DNA from: Camelus ferus
Taxonomy: Eukaryota
Assembly: GCF_009834535.1 (NCBI RefSeq)
Contig: NC_045696.1
Span: 13,828,001-13,892,000 of the forward strand
Direction of reading: 5' to 3'
DNA length: 64,000 bases
Below the pieces are notes generated by a model. The model was not told the DNA's origin, ran no database searches, and worked only from the letters and a program-made list of their open reading frames with translations. Both the position numbers and the translations under genes were made by a program. Positions 12,911 through 25,405 of this stretch are shown piece after piece (within the stretch, counting starts at the first letter, position 1; the number at the start of each line of letters is the position of its first letter).

Positions 12911-13361
12911 GTGTGGAAAGCTGAATAGAACCCTCCTCCCCACAACCAATTCCCACTTCCCAATCCCCAGAACCCATGAATGTTATCTTATGTGGCAAAA
13001 GGGACTTTGCAGATGTGAATAGGTGTCTTAAGATGGGTACTCTGGGTGAGCCTGCTGTGATCACTGGAGTCTTACGAGAAGGAACAGTAGCTTAGAGCAA
13101 GAGAAGCCCATAGAAAGACAGGAGCAGAGACCGGACTGATGCTGCTGTGAGTGAGGAAAGCCAGCAAACTCCAGAAGCTGGAAGAGGCAGGGAATGGATT
13201 TTCTTCCAGAGACTCCAGAAAGCATCAGCCCTGTTGACGCCTTGACTTTAGTTCGGTGAAACTGATTTTGAACTTCTGGCCTCCAGAATTGTAAGAGAAT
13301 AACTCTGTTATATTAAGTGACCAAGTCTGTGGTTGTTATGGAAGCCACAGGAAACTAATAT
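12911..13361 (+). mobile_element. MaLR solo LTR (MLT1C/D-like)
   Basis: atccccagaacccatgaatgttatcttatgtggcaaaagggactttgcagatgtg...ccagaagctggaagaggcagggaatggattt...ccacaggaaactaata are MLT1 hallmarks. Confidence 0.85.
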
Positions 13362-14146
13362 ATTATGTCAGAATTAAATATACGGAACTCTAATAGATAG
13401 TCTTTTTGTAGTTTGAGGAATTTGTGCTCTGTGTCCATGGCAAGTTTAAGGAATAAGCTTTCTACTCATCAGATAATTCAGAGTAATGTCCATGCCTTCT
13501 GAAAAAATAAGATACAAAATCCCTTTACCTAATGAGGCAGCAGATTTTTTTGCAGCTCATTAAAAAAGAGTAATGGAACAGTTTCCCAATTTTTCCCAAA
13601 GGTTAAAAATCCTTTAGGGTAAACACGTAAGATCAAAGAAAGCTAAATTTTCCAGTAAATGGCCCTTAAAGAAAATAATGAAGGTCACCTTCTTAGCCTT
13701 TTAGGTCATGATGAAATTTTGTCTTCCTCTTTGCCACCATATATATATATGTTCTAATTTCACTTGCCAGAGCATTGTTAAATGGATGCAACAATGATCC
13801 CATGATCTGAAAAAGCAAAATGTATCCAAATTCATACTTACATAGCAATTAAATTCTAAGTATGGGGTCAAAATGATTCTTAAATTTAGCAGTGATAAAC
13901 TAAAATTGTGTAACCCAGCTACATTTATGTTATTAGCTTCATGTAGATCATTAATAGTTTCAAAAGCTGAAGGGCAGATGAGCAAAGTAAAAAATTTAGG
14001 AAACAGGAGTAAAGGAAGCTAAAACATTCTTTTTCCTGCTTTCAGGTGTCTCGAAATATATTTAATAGACAAGACTAATACATGTGGTAAGCAGGATGGG
14101 AGACAGAATATTACCAAGTGTACAATGTGTGATCCAGATAATTACA

Positions 14147-14790
14147 TTTTCTTTTTTTCTTTTTTTAATTGAAGTACAATTAATTTACAATATTGTATTA
14201 GTTTCAGGTATACAGCAAAGTGATTCAGTTATATGTACGTATTTATATGTATATGTGTATATATGTATATATACACATTCTTTTTCAGATTATTTTCCAT
14301 TTTAGATTATTACAAGATATTGAATACAGTTCCCTGTGCAAGTAGGTTTTTGCTGTTTATCTATTTTATATATAGTAGTGTGCATCTGTTAATCTCATAC
14401 TCCTAATTTATTCAAACTCCTCCCTTTCCCCTTTGGTAACCATAATTTTGTTTTCTATGTTTGTGAGTCTGTTTCTGTTTTTGTAAATAAGTTCATTTGT
14501 ATTATTTTTAGATTCCACATATAAGTGATATCATATAATATTTATCTTTGTCTGACTTCACTTAGTATGATAATCTCTAGGTCCATGCATGTTGCTGCAA
14601 ATGGCAATATTTCATTCTTTCTATGGATGAGTAGTATTCCATTGTATGTGTGCATATATATGTGTAAGTGTGTGTGTGTATAAATATAAAACACATATTC
14701 TTTATCCATTCATCTGTTGATGGGCACTTAGATTGCTTTCATGTCTTAGCTATTGTGTATAGTGCTGCTGTGAACATTGGGGTGCATGTG
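14147..14790 (-). mobile_element. L1 3' end (3' UTR and end of ORF2), cetartiodactyl-type
   Basis: Poly-T, then aattgaagta...tagattccacatataagtgatatcata...gctgctgtgaacattggggtgcatg. Homologous to the L1 ends at 27, 35 and 54 kb. Confidence 0.9.
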
Positions 14791-14979
14791 AAGACAGAGC
14801 GTTTTTAAAATGATAACACAAGTGGATAGAAAGACAGGAGAGCAAGTTTGACTTGTGCTTAACTTTTCAGGAAATATGGTATGAATGTAATGAGATACAA
14901 GTATAATGTGAGTTAATCATTTTGCGATGAAATTGTCATGACTGTGTCTTTATGAGTTATGAATCACCGTCTCACTGAG

Positions 14980-15170
14980 TACTATTGAAACTTATTTATT
15001 AGTGTGTGACCCTGGAAAATTATTCTCTCTCAGTAACTCAGTACCTTATTATGTAAAACCAGAGCTAATAGCGCCTACTTGGCAGGGTTGTTTTGAGGAT
15101 GGAATGAGATTAAAAAATGTGAGTAGACCTAAGAAAGTACATGACACATGGTAGATACAAATTAAATGTT
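14980..15170 (+). mobile_element. MIR SINE
   Basis: gtgtgaccctggaaaatta...ctcagtacc...tgtaaaa...cagggttgttttgaggat...gacacatggtag. Confidence 0.7.
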
Positions 15171-16139
15171 ACTTTTCTTTCTAATTTTCTAAAGCTCTCA
15201 TTCAGAAAACTTGAGACTTAATAAAGATATTATTATTAATTTACTTTGATGGTTCAGATACACAATCCTGCAACAATCTTCGTCTTCTCTAAAAGTTCTG
15301 ATGTCAAAAATGAACAGGTCTACTCCATGCGGTTAAGAAAAATGCCTTGTTTGACAACAGATCATTAATGACTCCTCTTACCTAACCCGTGTTCTTCTGT
15401 GCTATATGTCATTAACTAGTTCCTGGAAGGCTGCATGTGTAGTCGTTAAGAAGAAGGGCTCAGTATTCACACTTCTAGGATCCTAATCTTATCTCTGATG
15501 CTCACTTAGAGTATCAATTAACCACCAAATGCTTCTGTAACTCAATTTTATATCTTCAAAATGGAGTTAATAATAGCATTTTCTCCAAAAGCAACTGTGA
15601 GGATTAAATGAGTTGGTCAAACAAAGGTTATGAAATACAGCACCTGTATAGTTGATGTTGGTTTTTATCTATAATCTTTGCTAGCGTTATTATTATCATT
15701 AAATATTATTTTCATTATTATTATTATCATTCGATGTCGTCTGAAACCCCTTGCATCTGGAATGAGTGCCTCGGGATAAAAAGAAAAAAATAAAGAAAAT
15801 AAATGCACCAGAGGAGACAGGCTTTACACTAGATAACTTGCTATGATCTATATAAATTATATATAAAATTTTATATATAAACAGAATATATGTGTATATA
15901 AGTAATTTAATTTATAGGAATTGAAGAAGTTAAAGATATTTCCTACTGTTTACATGGGAATTAAGACTCAGAGAGGACATAAAATCAGTCAGTGTAGAGA
16001 GAAGGGAGTTCTGTGAGGCAGGAAAGAAATGGTTTTATTTGCAGTTTAGATTTGGAAGTCCTAGAGCTGAAGATTATGGTCACCAGCTTACTGATGACTT
16101 CTAAGTGGCTTCCAGGGTAGTTGTCACCTAAATAAAGAA

Positions 16140-16330
16140 GACTACAGATAATATGGAAGATAAAGAGAAGGCTTTGGAATCCAACTCAAGTGGGTCCTTG
16201 GGCAAGTTGCTTGCCCTGTTTGAGTGTTCTTATTTGTTACAACGGGGAGAATAATATTCTTACAGGCGGGTTCATAGAAGATGATTGAAGCAATGTGGTG
16301 GCACATCGAAGGTGATCAGTACAGTAGAGA
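16140..16330 (+). mobile_element. MIR SINE fragment
   Basis: ggctttggaatc...ccttgggcaagttgctt. Confidence 0.55.
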
Positions 16331-16479
16331 TGAGAAGTTGCTTGTCGGAGGAACTCAGTTCCCCCGAGTACATGGAAGAGCTGAATTAAATGTTGGCTAC
16401 AAATACACATAAAAGAGAGAAACAAATTCAAAGTAATAATAGTGTTCTCTATGCAAAGATCCATGAAGGGGCAGGGGGA

Positions 16480-16523
16480 AAATAAGTTTATTTTAAGTGG
16501 GGAAATAAGTTTATTTTAAGTGG
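16480..16523. repeat. Tandem duplication with 23-bp period
   Basis: aaataagtttattttaagtgg at 16480-16500 and 16503-16523. Confidence 0.9.
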
Positions 16524-17065
16524 AGAAAACAATGTTGCACTTTCCATTGTCCAGAACTAAAATTTATATAACTCATTTGCAGTTAATCTCATTAGGTCAC
16601 ATTGTGATTTGCTCTGTTCAGTGATGTGTTAGAAGATGTATATAAAGCTGGTGGGTGAGACTGGCTATTTACCCCTGTTTCTACTGGCAATATTCCAGAT
16701 AATGAAGTTTCTCTACTCCTGGATCCCCAAATGAGAAGGATTTGGAACTGGAACAGTAAATGGGTAGTGTGAGTGATAAGTAAACCATTGCAATTTTAAG
16801 CTTCTGGAATTTTGAAGTCGTTATTTACTGTGATAAAACAGAGTCTATTCTGACTAAAGAACCTTCATAATTCCCTCTTTAAGTGTTAGAAAATACATGT
16901 GCACAATTAATGCTCAAGTAGTGTGACATGTCCAATCAGGACTTTCAAAGTATCTATCTTGTTTGTTTCTTTAAATATATTTGGTTTAGTAAAGGTAAAG
17001 ACTTTAACTTCATGGGAGATAGCAAAGTATAAAAAGATACTGTTTTCTAAATAATTCAAAGCAAG

Positions 17066-17071
17066 TTTATT
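17066..17071 (-). terminator. Candidate AATAAA of the KRTAP25 relic
   Basis: tttatt on +, about 255 nt past the relic stop. Confidence 0.4.
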
Positions 17072-17324
17072 TAGAGATAACCAGGAAAACTTTTCTTGCT
17101 GCTTAAGAACATGCTAAAGGCCTAAGAAACCAAAAGGCTTATCACAAAAAAATGTTCTAGTGAATAAACCAATAATTAAAATCACTTGGAATTTGATCAA
17201 CTAAAAGAGTACTGATTAAAACAGTAGTTGAAATCATAATTATCTATCGGCCTAAAAAAACATTCACTAACCTAAAGATGACATTTCTTTACGAAGCTTT
17301 CTGACAAGATGCTAGGATAACAAT

Positions 17325-17955
17325 TCAGCATGATATTCTAATAAATGGAGATTGCCAAGTCCCAAAGGAAGAAAAAGCTGGTTGGAAACTGACATGTGTA
17401 GGGAACAGGTTGAACATAATTAAACACAAAGTCCAGGGGTATGAAGCTGCTGGACTCATAACCTAGAGGTTGACAGTCATAGGAGAGATATCTCAAAGGA
17501 TGGTAGGTGCTGGATGCAAAGTTCAGTGGTCGATACCCGCAAGAGATGATGTCCTGTAGCTGACAGCCATAAGCAAGTTGGTTCTGGGAGCAGCAACTAC
17601 TGGATAGAAAGTTCTGAGGTCTCTTATATATTGATGGTTGACAGCAGCTGGAGAGATAAGAACTGACAGGAAAACAACTAGTTGCTCTGCAAAGTCTGGA
17701 GACACAATAAGTAGTGGAAGGGTAGCAAGAAATTTCACAGATATAGGCACACAGCCGGACGGCTGGTACCTGGAAGGTTTACCCCGTGTCTCTGGGAAGT
17801 TGTCCAGAAGCCAGGTTCTGTTTTGACTGGGCAAGCCAAGAGCATCACCATAGTTCACACCAGTAGAGTAGAGAGTAGTGGATGAGGTAACAGGAACATG
17901 GCAGCTACTAAGAGCAGAAGCCACAGTTTCCAGAACAGGGGTTGTTGTATGACAG
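17325..17955 (-). pseudogene. KRTAP25-1: KRTAP25-1 pseudogene with PMG-type N-terminal half
   Basis: Across frameshifts: (CTG)SYNNPCSGNCGFCS / SSCHVPVTSSTTLYSTGVNYGDALGLPSQNRTWLLDNFPET... / CEISCYPSTTYCVSRLCRATSCFPVSSYLSSCCQPSIYKRPQNFLSSSCCSQNQLAYGCQLQDIISCGYRPLNFASSTYHPLRYLSYDCQPLGYESSSFIPLDFV... / SFQPAFSSFGTWQSP / FIRISC*. The C-terminal part aligns with human KAP25-1 as recalled (MHNRSQGFFFSSC...SFQPACSDFVGWQSPFLRRTC). No start ATG, about 4 frameshifts, expected position after KRTAP24-1. Confidence 0.85.
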
Positions 17956-18033
17956 AGTAGAATCTGAAATAAGGATTTCAGATAAGCAGTAAAGAGCAGC
18001 TTGTCTAAGTCTACATGAAACTAGACCAGATTG

Positions 18034-18160
18034 TTTATATACTTCGGTGGATTTATACCTGGATTCTCTTTGCCCCTATTTTAGATCAGTTTGCATCATA
18101 ACATCTCATTAGTTCATTGTGATGCTGCCTGTGAGGATGGCTTCCTACCCATCCATAAAA
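18034..18160 (-). promoter_or_regulatory. Retained promoter of the KRTAP25 relic
   Basis: TATATAAA at 18034-18041, CTAATGAGATGTTA at 18099-18112, TTTTATGG at 18153-18160. Confidence 0.65.
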
Positions 18161-19392
18161 TAAATCCAGCTTGCATCTTCTGTCTTAATCTTTCCCTTGT
18201 TTATCAGGCTTGAGAATGTATGATATAATCACCTGTGTATTTTATCTGCTTTGCTTCTGTTCCCACCCCTTAATAATGCCTGGTTAAATGGAGTCCATTT
18301 GAATGGATGTTTATTCTGGTCATTACATACATAGTTAGGAAGACATAGTCTTCATCTTTGAACATGAGACTTTATGTTGCAATACTTGGAGGAAGTGTTG
18401 ATGTACTGAAATAGTGTCCATATTTCAAAACTTATTGGATTTACCAGATGGAAAATCTCATACTATTCCCTATTTTTAATACTCAGCTGAGAATTTAATT
18501 GTGTGATAGTGTTCTCTGTATATTTATCCTGACAGTCAATTTTATGAAAACATCTTAGAGTACATTTTAAAGAGCTCTACCCTGACAACTTGATATTTCT
18601 TTGTGCTTAAAAATCGGATTTGATTTCTGAAAACTTGAGGAAATGTATGTACTATTTCTACATGGTAACATTGATGACATACTTCCTTTTACTAGTAAAA
18701 TTGTCTTACATTTCTATTGGTGGCATTCAACTAAAAGGATAAACATGCTATTAAAAGCCATCAGCCTTTGCACTAGCACACTAGAATTGATGGATGTCTT
18801 CACCTGAGATAATTTACTGAAATACTTGGATCTTCATGCAATTAAAGTTAGCAAGGATTAAGAAAAAGTTTAATATCTCATGAAGGAAGATGTCTGAAAA
18901 ATACATACTTGTACACCACGACATAATGATCTCTGTGCCTCAGTTTGGATTCTCCCCCAAAGATGTGAGTTAATCTGTACAGACCTCTATTTCCTGGAGT
19001 CAGGAGTCTAATAGAACCAGAAATATCTCTCTTCAAGCTGCATCACAGATGGTGAAAGATGGTGTTGGGAATGTGCAGAGGAGAGTAAAGATTCCAAGCA
19101 GCCACTTGGCATCTGAGAGCATCACTGATGATCCTTTTGGAGGATGCTTTCCTATTGCATAACAGTCCCAGTTTCTTTAGGGAGCATGGCTTTAGTGAGC
19201 CATGGTAAAATCAATAACCGTGAAGTCACTTCCCCTCTGCAGAATCCTCTTTGCCCATCCATGCCCATTGTCCCTATAATGTCCACTGAAGGGTCTAAAA
19301 GGCTGATTGACTTTTTTTCTTTTACTGAGGAAAGATATTGAAAAATGCTTATAGCGCTTTTCAAGTTAAGAGTAGGAAAATCTTATACACCC

Positions 19393-19442
19393 ATGCAAGC
19401 ATGTGCAGAAAGAGAGAGGGAGGGAACGAGGGGGATCGGGTG
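19393..19442 (+). repeat. Copy 1 of a 50-bp dispersed direct repeat
   Basis: 46/50 identical to 20561-20610. Confidence 0.9.
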
Positions 19443-20560
19443 TGAGCACACTTAGGATTTTTTTTTTTTATTATTTTATTTATTTATTTTTTAAACGTCA
19501 CAAAAAGCATGGCATTGGGTGCAGATAGAACATAAGGTTTCTCTCTTCTGAATTTCAGTTTTTCTGTCTCAGGTAGTGGAAGAAGAAATATTTGACATCT
19601 CACATGGGGAATTTTTAAAGTCAATATACCATATTCTTCCTCAAAGAAAGCCTCAGATCACATTACTATGAGTCCTTTTAATGGTAGAAAATAACAGAAG
19701 AGATTGGAATCATTAAGAGTTGAGAGTTTGAGAAGTCTATTTGACAATTTTTCCATTTCCTCTAAGAACTTCAAGCCCTCCAGACAAATAAAATCTCCCA
19801 AACTCTTATGTGCTTCCAAAAAAGATTCCTTTTCTTAACTTGATAAGTCTCCACCAAAATAGTTTTTTGTGTGTATGACACCTCAATTCCTCATGATTCA
19901 GTTTAAGATTCTCTTCACTTTTGTTCTTTGTAAAGTACAAACACAACTGATAACCAACTAATCTATAAAAGATCTTCCTCAGCGTGTAATCATGCTATAT
20001 ATGAGTTTTAAACAGAAAACAAAATCTTTCTTTTTGGTCTACAGTGAGAATAGATTTGGTTTCCATTGAGCTGCTATTAAAATGTAACTGATAACTGGGA
20101 CACCATTGAGGCTAGCATTATCAAGCTAAACGTGATCCCATTGTCAGTCATTGTAATTAAAATACAAGTTAGATGTAGGGCATGCAACCTGGGTATCATC
20201 AACCGTTTAGCACAACGTATGGCAAACGCAGGAGAGGCCCAACATGCATACTTAGCTGACAGGTGTCCTGTTTCTTCATCAGTAAGACAGAGATAAGACC
20301 TCTCAAGTTATGAGAAATATTAGGGTCAATATGTACAAAATGTCTGGAACTGGAAATGTAGAATAAATGATATATCTTTTTTCTACAATTTTCTTTCAAG
20401 AACTTGTATAAAGAAGACCTGAAATATTTGAAAATCAAGTAAATTATTGTAAAATGGGACATAAGTTCTGGAACAGATGGATATGGATTTGATTTTCACC
20501 TATTCCTTGAAACATACATATATATTTATTCATATATAATATAATATAATATATATACCT

Positions 20561-20610
20561 ATGCAAGCATGCACAGAAAGAGAGAGGGAGGGAAGGAGGG
20601 GGATGGGGTG
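20561..20610 (+). repeat. Copy 2 of a 50-bp dispersed direct repeat
   Basis: 46/50 identical to 19393-19442; flanked by TA/CA microsatellite. Confidence 0.9.
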
Positions 20611-20655
<45 letters not shown>

Positions 20656-20662
20656 ATATATA
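20611..20662. repeat. (TA)n(CA)n(TA)n compound microsatellite
   Basis: Seen directly. Confidence 0.95.
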
Positions 20663-22309
20663 TTATTCTTAGACAACTTGTTTGATTTTTCTAAACCTAA
20701 GTGTTCTTGCTTGTAAAAACACAATGATAATTTTGGTGCATGAGAATGGTAATAAGGATTAACATGGTAATTTAAAGATATGACAGACATTAGTAGTTGT
20801 TCTCCATGCTTCCCATCCAATAGTAAACATTTATGTCAGTATTGATTGATCAAGCCATAGTGCCTGGCTATAAACATCCAGTAGTTTTGGCAAAAGGTTA
20901 TATCAGTGAGACATGGCAGTTTTAAGTTAAGACAAGTGACTGAACAACTGGAATTTTAAAAGTAGCCATTTTAGGAACTAGGACTGTAGCCCTGTAATTA
21001 CAGTGCAGGTTGAAGACAATACTGAACACAAGATTTGGTAAATTGAAGCAAGAGCATCAAATATCTGAATTCTGCAAAATAAAGCTAAGTTTTTCATAGT
21101 TGTACATTGGAACTTAGATATAATATGGCAGTATGTGGGGATTTTTTCTTTCTACCCAAATTTATCTCAAATTAATCCTTGCTCCATAGACTACTGAAAG
21201 CTTTACTAGTTGTATGTCCCCCTCTTCTTCCAGGACACATGATTGTTTTATATCTAACAGCCTTTCCTGTGGTCATATAAGGCCAAGCGGCTGAGTTCCA
21301 TGCTTAGCTAAAGTGGAATGCGACTTCTAGGGCCATCTTGGTAGTCACGTCTTAAAGAGTCAGACCTCTGCCAACTAATTTCTAAATGACTGCATGAAGT
21401 GCGGCTTCCCTGCTGACCTCTTTCCTTGCCCAGTGTTGTTGGAAAGGCAAGGATGTGTTTAAAACCAATATATATTTGGTGTCTTGCTTGTCACACCCAA
21501 ACCCTACTCTAAGTAGCAGAGTCCTTCTGAGACTAAATTTACTGTTACCCAAATGATCCTCATGCAAAGCCCTCGAAGCAGCCATATACTGTGTGTACAC
21601 ACGTTGACAATACATTTTCATAGGTCCTTTTTAATTAATCATTTTTTAACCTTTGGAATAATTTCAATATCCATAATTAATCCAGAGTACAAAAACGGTC
21701 AACATCGCATAAAGCAGTTGACATAAACCAAGAGAATAACGAGATATAAAATATCGGTTCATGAGTCTTAGGAATTCCTTGAAGTTGCTGTTAAAACCCC
21801 ACAAATGGAGACACATAATGGGGAAAATTCATTTATGGCTACGTTTTTTTCATAAAATGAATATATATATATATGTGAATACTTAAGAAGATTAATACTG
21901 TATTTTTAGAAGTGATAAATGTGAAAAAGTCTTCATTTTGGAATTAAAACTTACTTTGCATTCTTTGAAGACATAACCTAAATTCAAAATCTAATTCATT
22001 TTCTGGGAAACTTGGCATCGATATCATATCCAAGTGTATCTTTCCCAGTGAAGAATGGTGACCTGGAAAGCTTCGACTATCTTTGTTAAGATCCACACTC
22101 AGAGAGACTATATGTCACTTGTTCTTTCATTAACATAAAACTGAAAGTGTTAGCACACATATTTTGATAAATGTTACACAAAAAAGAGGTCATACATCTC
22201 TTTGGATGCTTATTTAAGTGAATTTTAGTATATCATTGCACATATAGAGTGATGTTTATAACCTGTTTCCATTTTACTATTTTTCAAAGAATATCTTTCA
22301 CGTGTAAAT

Positions 22310-22358
22310 AATTCATATTTTTGAAAGAATTCATATTTTTGAAAGAATTCATATTTTT
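22310..22358. repeat. 18-bp tandem repeat, about 2.7 copies
   Basis: Unit aattcatatttttgaaag. Confidence 0.95.
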
Positions 22359-22699
22359 CTGATTACTTACTTAAGAAGGACAATCTAATTTATGATTAAG
22401 TTGTTTTCTAAAGGTTTATTCACCTGTTGATTATTTGGTGTTAGAATTTGTGTCTATGAGGAAAACAAATGGAAATTCCTCAACTAGTTTGCTAAAAAGA
22501 AAAATGTTTTAATAATAATAAATAACTCAATCTTGACCACATTATTTGGATAAATGGACTTTTATGCATTCCTTGAGGAGTTTTATTTAGAGAAACTGCT
22601 TATATCATTGTGTCTCTGGAAATATGCTTTTGATGGGAAAATAATAGATCTTTTATAGAATAGTGTTCTTGTTCCCAGGTTTCAGTATTATCTTTCTGA

Positions 22700-22875
22700 G
22701 TGGTGAAGCAGCAGGAGCAGGCATGCGTAGTCAGACTGAACATAGCCAGAACTCATGACTTTGACACTATCTACCTATAAAAGCCTACTCTATGACGTTT
22801 CTGAGCTTTACTTTTCTCATATGTAAAATGGGTACAGTAAATACCACCTCACTAGTAACTTTCAGAATTTAATGG
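22700..22875 (+). mobile_element. MIR SINE fragment
   Basis: gtcagactg...ctgagctttacttttctcatatgtaaaatggg. Confidence 0.65.
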
Positions 22876-22890
22876 AAAAAAAAAAAAAGA

Positions 22891-24380
22891 TGAAAGTCCC
22901 TGACCGTTGTTCCCTCGCACAACCTGATTGAAGCGGGTTTGCGATTACTCTAAGATGTGATGCACAGCAATCAGGGTCAAGGTGGGTTTGACTGGACCTG
23001 CTTTTTAGTTTGCTGACAGCTTGTAGAAAAGGCACACTTTCTCCTTAAGAAGAGAGGTGTCCCTCAGTCAAGTTCACAAAGAGCTGAACTTCCTTCCTAG
23101 AAACTAAAAGATCTCTCATAGTTCATTTATGTGAATTTAGTCATTAGATGAGTCTTCTCCCCATTTACAACCTCAGGAAACTTCCACCCTGGCACTGAGT
23201 ACACTACTCCTGCGCACGTATATTCAAAACCACATTTACATGGAATCCCTATGATACTGGTAGCACTATAAATACATTTTATGATCTTTGGTTAAACTGA
23301 AAATGGAATGAGCCAGGCTGTAATTCTTTTTATTGAGTAGGGATTGTCTGTAGTAACTAAGTGCATACTACACCCTCCTTACACTGATGTTTAAAGAAAA
23401 TTTTTTAAAGATAAGCCAACTGACTATTTAATTCATTCAATCTGGCAAATGGGTACCATAACAACATGTCTTTTCTGATTCTGGAATACGATGTTCCCCA
23501 ATGATACATGAGAACAAACCAGTCAAGATCCCAAGTACACCCAGAAGTTTGAGTGTCTCAATGATTAATGCCACAGGGTGGATCTATCCTTTAAATTTGT
23601 TAACAGCCAGCAATGGAATTGTGCTGTTGTGTTACTGGATTGTGGATACTCTGGATTATTATTGTCCACCATTAGATACCCCTGGCATAATTAATTGGAC
23701 TTGTTATAAATAAGAAGTGCCTTTCCTTTCTGTTATTCAGTTAGTGCACAAGTTCATATGTAGTGAAGTAAATAATGCTGACTTATCTTCAATATGCTAT
23801 ATTTCCAAGTCCCTGTGTAGATAAAATATAACACAAGTAACAAAAGAATAGAAATGTTGTTATCTCTCCCCTGAGGCCCAACAAATACAACAAAATGAAA
23901 AATATTATGTATAATCTTTTCAACTGCCTTCTAAAATGGGTTTACATACAAGGAGGTCAGTTTGTTCTTTGAGCACATTGATTGGCATAGCTGTGTTAAG
24001 TTTGGGAATAAGGTCTGGAGGGGGCTGGATTTCTGTTCATGGGAGATTAAGATCTGGAGTTCTCTGAATCAGTTCACATGAGAGTGGAATGGGGAAAATG
24101 GAAGCAGAATTGCTAGTACGGGGAAGTTAAATGACCCACCTTTGACCAATCTTTCCAGTAATATTATTCGCTTACTGCTTCTGAATAGTAGTGAAGGGCT
24201 GTGGATAGCTCCTCGGTGGATAACTAGTGAACTAGTGCAAGCAGGATCAGGGAGCAGATGGGACTATAATTCCCCGGGAATTAGTAGAAGTAATTGAATG
24301 GTACAGGATTTTCATGCCATGGAAACGGCAGGGGTTACAGTCAATTATAGCCACACATAAGAGAAGACAAAACTCTGTCT
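22891..24380 (-). mobile_element. Possible degenerate ERV 3' end (env remnant, polypurine tract and 3' LTR)
   Basis: The minus strand has a purine tract aaggaggg followed by TGTAG at about 23371, preceded by a hydrophobic LLGVLGILTGLFSCI-like segment. It is heavily interrupted. Confidence 0.3.
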
Positions 24381-24454
24381 TCTACCATAGCTCTGTCTGT
24401 ATTTTGTTATGAATTTGTAAAGGTAGAAGAGTCTCAAATAAATTCCTCTCTTTG

Positions 24455-25405
24455 TTCATGTTATTCAGTGTTTTTTCTCTGTGTCTCATTCTGGATAGTT
24501 TCTGTTGCTACGTCTTGAAGTGTATTAACGGTTTCTTCCGTAAGTGTCTAATTTTCTGCTAGTGCGTTTTCTGCCTCGGGCACTATAATTTCCACCTCAG
24601 TTTTACTTATACCTTTCATGTCTCTATTTAACAGGAACAGTCTTTCCTCTAGCTTCTTAAACATATGGAATACAGTTATGCCAACCATTTTTATGTCCTT
24701 GTCTAAAAATTCTAGTATCTGTGTCATTTGTGGGTTACCTTTGATTGATTGATTTTTCTTTACCATAGGTCTTATTTTACTGTTTCTTTGCGTGCTTGGT
24801 AATTTTTTATTGGATACCAGATATTATGATTTAATTCTCTGTGAGTTGTATATTTTTGTATTTCTATAAATACTCTTGAGTTTAGCTCTGGGCCACAGTT
24901 AAGTTACTTGGAAACAGTTTGATTCTTTTGGATCTGACTTTTAAGCATGTGGGACTAAAGCAGTAATTAATCTAAGGCTACTTTGGCCCCAGCACCCAGG
25001 GAAAATCCTTCTGTTTTCTACTTTGTCTGGAATGAACACAAATCAGTTTATCAGTTTTCTACTCTGTCTGGTATGAACACAAACTGTCCAAAACCCTCTG
25101 AGAGCTCTGAATATCTTTTGTTCACTTTTTTCAGGTGGAAGAGTGTGGCAGTTTCATGCAATTTTTCACATGCAGATACTGATGGTTAAGATCTGGATGT
25201 AAATGGGTTTCGTGGACCATCTATGAACCTCTGGGACTCTCCTTCTGTTCAACTGTCTCTTCCCTGTCATTCAGGGATCACTGCCCATCTTTGCCTGTTG
25301 TCCAATGTCCCCCAAACCCATGTTTCACCTATTTTGCCTAGTATTATGATTAGTTTAGATGAAAGAATAAATCCTGCCGCTGTTACTTCATTTTGGTTGA
25401 ACCTC
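24455..25405 (-). mobile_element. Old L1M fragment (5'/ORF1-region type)
   Basis: T-rich ctggatagtttctgttgcta...agttacttggaaacagtttgattct pattern typical of antisense L1M. Confidence 0.55.

Noticed and set aside
17523..17924. 133-aa ORF as a functional gene
   Set aside because: It starts at GTG and leaves the KAP frame at about 17742; it is a fragment of the KRTAP25 pseudogene.
22310..22358. Short direct repeats as a CRISPR-like or other organised array
   Set aside because: Head-to-tail slippage duplications with no spacers, in a mammalian context.
24548..24766. 72-aa ORF resembling an L1 ORF1 N-terminal region
   Set aside because: Part of a decayed L1M element, not a host gene. The same applies to the ORFs at 27156-27371 and 46440-46775.
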